From Rhina ancylostomus (taxonomy: Eukaryota): DNA of 64,000 nt. A model generated the notes under the pieces. The model saw only the letters and a list, made by a program, of their open reading frames with translations, had not been told where the DNA came from and did not search any database. The translations under genes were made by a program, and so were the position numbers. The stretch is from contig JARFYF010000050.1 of NCBI GenBank assembly GCA_030265395.1, forward strand, positions 33,407,129 to 33,471,128, given 5' to 3'. Shown here piece by piece: positions 62,995 through 64,000 of this stretch (position 1 is its first letter; the number at the start of each line of letters is the position of its first letter).

Positions 62995-63155
62995 ATAGCA
63001 TAGAACAGTACAGCAAAGAAACAGGCTGTTCAGCCCATGACATCAGTGCCAAACATGAGGCTAAATTAAATTAAATCTCTTTTGCCTGTATTTGATCCAT
63101 ATCCCTCCATTTTCATTTGCCTAACAGCCCCTTAAACACCAATACTACATCTGCA
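62995..63155 (-). mobile_element. CR1 tail (reverse)
   Basis: atagaacagtacagcaaagaaacaggctgttcagcccatga...gatccatatccctccatt. Confidence 0.75.
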
Positions 63156-63454
63156 AATTGCAGTGAAATCCTGAGCAGTTGCAAATATTAAGTGACGAAT
63201 GTGGGACAGGAGGTACCTACTTCCCTTCCTATGGAACACACCAAATACTGAACGAAAATTACTTAAAAAGAAATCACAGCATAGCTGGGCACAAATTGTG
63301 AACTTTACATGTATTTGCTTGGGGGATGAGGAGAAGAAGTGAACAACACAAATTTAAAAGAAAACAGAAATTTACATCACAGGAACTAAATTAGAGAATA
63401 TTTATAGCTGACTAGTGCATTCAGAGCCAGGCAGAAGTGAAGGAGCATTATCAG

Positions 63455-63875
63455 GAGAGATTAAAGGACTTAGGGCTTCACTCTTTGGAGAGGAGGATGA
63501 TAAGACGAGACAGGATAGAGGTGTACAAAATATTAAGAGGAATAGATAGAGTGGACAGCCAGCGCCTCTTTCCCAGGACACCAATGGTCAATACAAGAGG
63601 CATGGCTTTAAAGTAATCAGTGGGAAGTTCAAGAGAGATATCAGAGGAAGGATTTTTACCCAGAGAGTGATTGGGGCATGGAATGCGCTGCCTGGGGCGG
63701 TAGTGGAGGCAGGCATATTGGTCAAATTCAAGAGATTACTAGATAGGCATATGGAGGAATTTAAAATAGAGGGATATGTGGGAGGAAGAGGTTAGATAGT
63801 CTTAGGCGAGGTTTAAAGGTCGGCACAATATTGTGGGCCAAAGGGCCTGCATTGTGCTGTGTTGTTCTATGTTTT
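63455..63875 (+). mobile_element. Fairly young CR1 LINE 3' end
   Basis: LKDLGLHSLERRMIRRDRIEVYKILRGIDRV motif and tail ggtcggcacaatattgtgggccaaagggcctgcattgtgctgtgttgttctatgtt. Confidence 0.92.
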
Positions 63876-64000
63876 AAGGTGTAGTCACGAATAAGGCAAC
63901 ATCTACTGTTTAGACAAATAGTTGAGAACTGGTATGGGGGATGGGGATGGTGTGGGGGATGAACGGCTTGGTGGCTGGGGAAAGGAAAGAGTCTGTATTT

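Noticed and set aside
1-64000. Prokaryotic-type systems (CRISPR arrays, operons, rRNA)
   Set aside because: No regularly spaced repeats or rRNA motifs. The exon-intron structure and repeats are vertebrate.

Overview
Vertebrate genomic DNA (AT-rich, short-read scaffold with N gaps). The repeat families (CR1 tails, V-SINE, Deu-domain SINE, Penelope-like ends) point to a cartilaginous fish, probably a ray. The window holds the 3' ends of two convergent spliced genes. On the + strand is an MPRIP (myosin phosphatase Rho-interacting protein) family gene: a giant 3723-nt coiled-coil exon (5551-9273), seven small internal exons, a stop-containing cassette exon (34727-34790) and a last exon (from 37583) with a 3'UTR to about 39.4 kb. 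On the - strand is a RAI1/TCF20 family gene that the ORF track misses: 94-nt and 50-nt exons encode the C-terminal half of the extended PHD finger, followed by a 73-nt stop-containing exon and a probable last exon starting at 48491. Both proteins diverge from human MPRIP/TRIOBP and RAI1/TCF20 as I recall them, so this may be a third paralogous pair absent from mammals. Other points of interest are a candidate internal promoter and first exon ahead of the giant exon, RBFOX/QKI motif clusters around the alternative exons, and a family of Penelope-like ends with hammerhead-ribozyme cores, including a 228-bp hairpin element with two inverted hammerhead cores and a 15-bp target-site duplication. 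Homologue comparisons are from memory, not from database searches.
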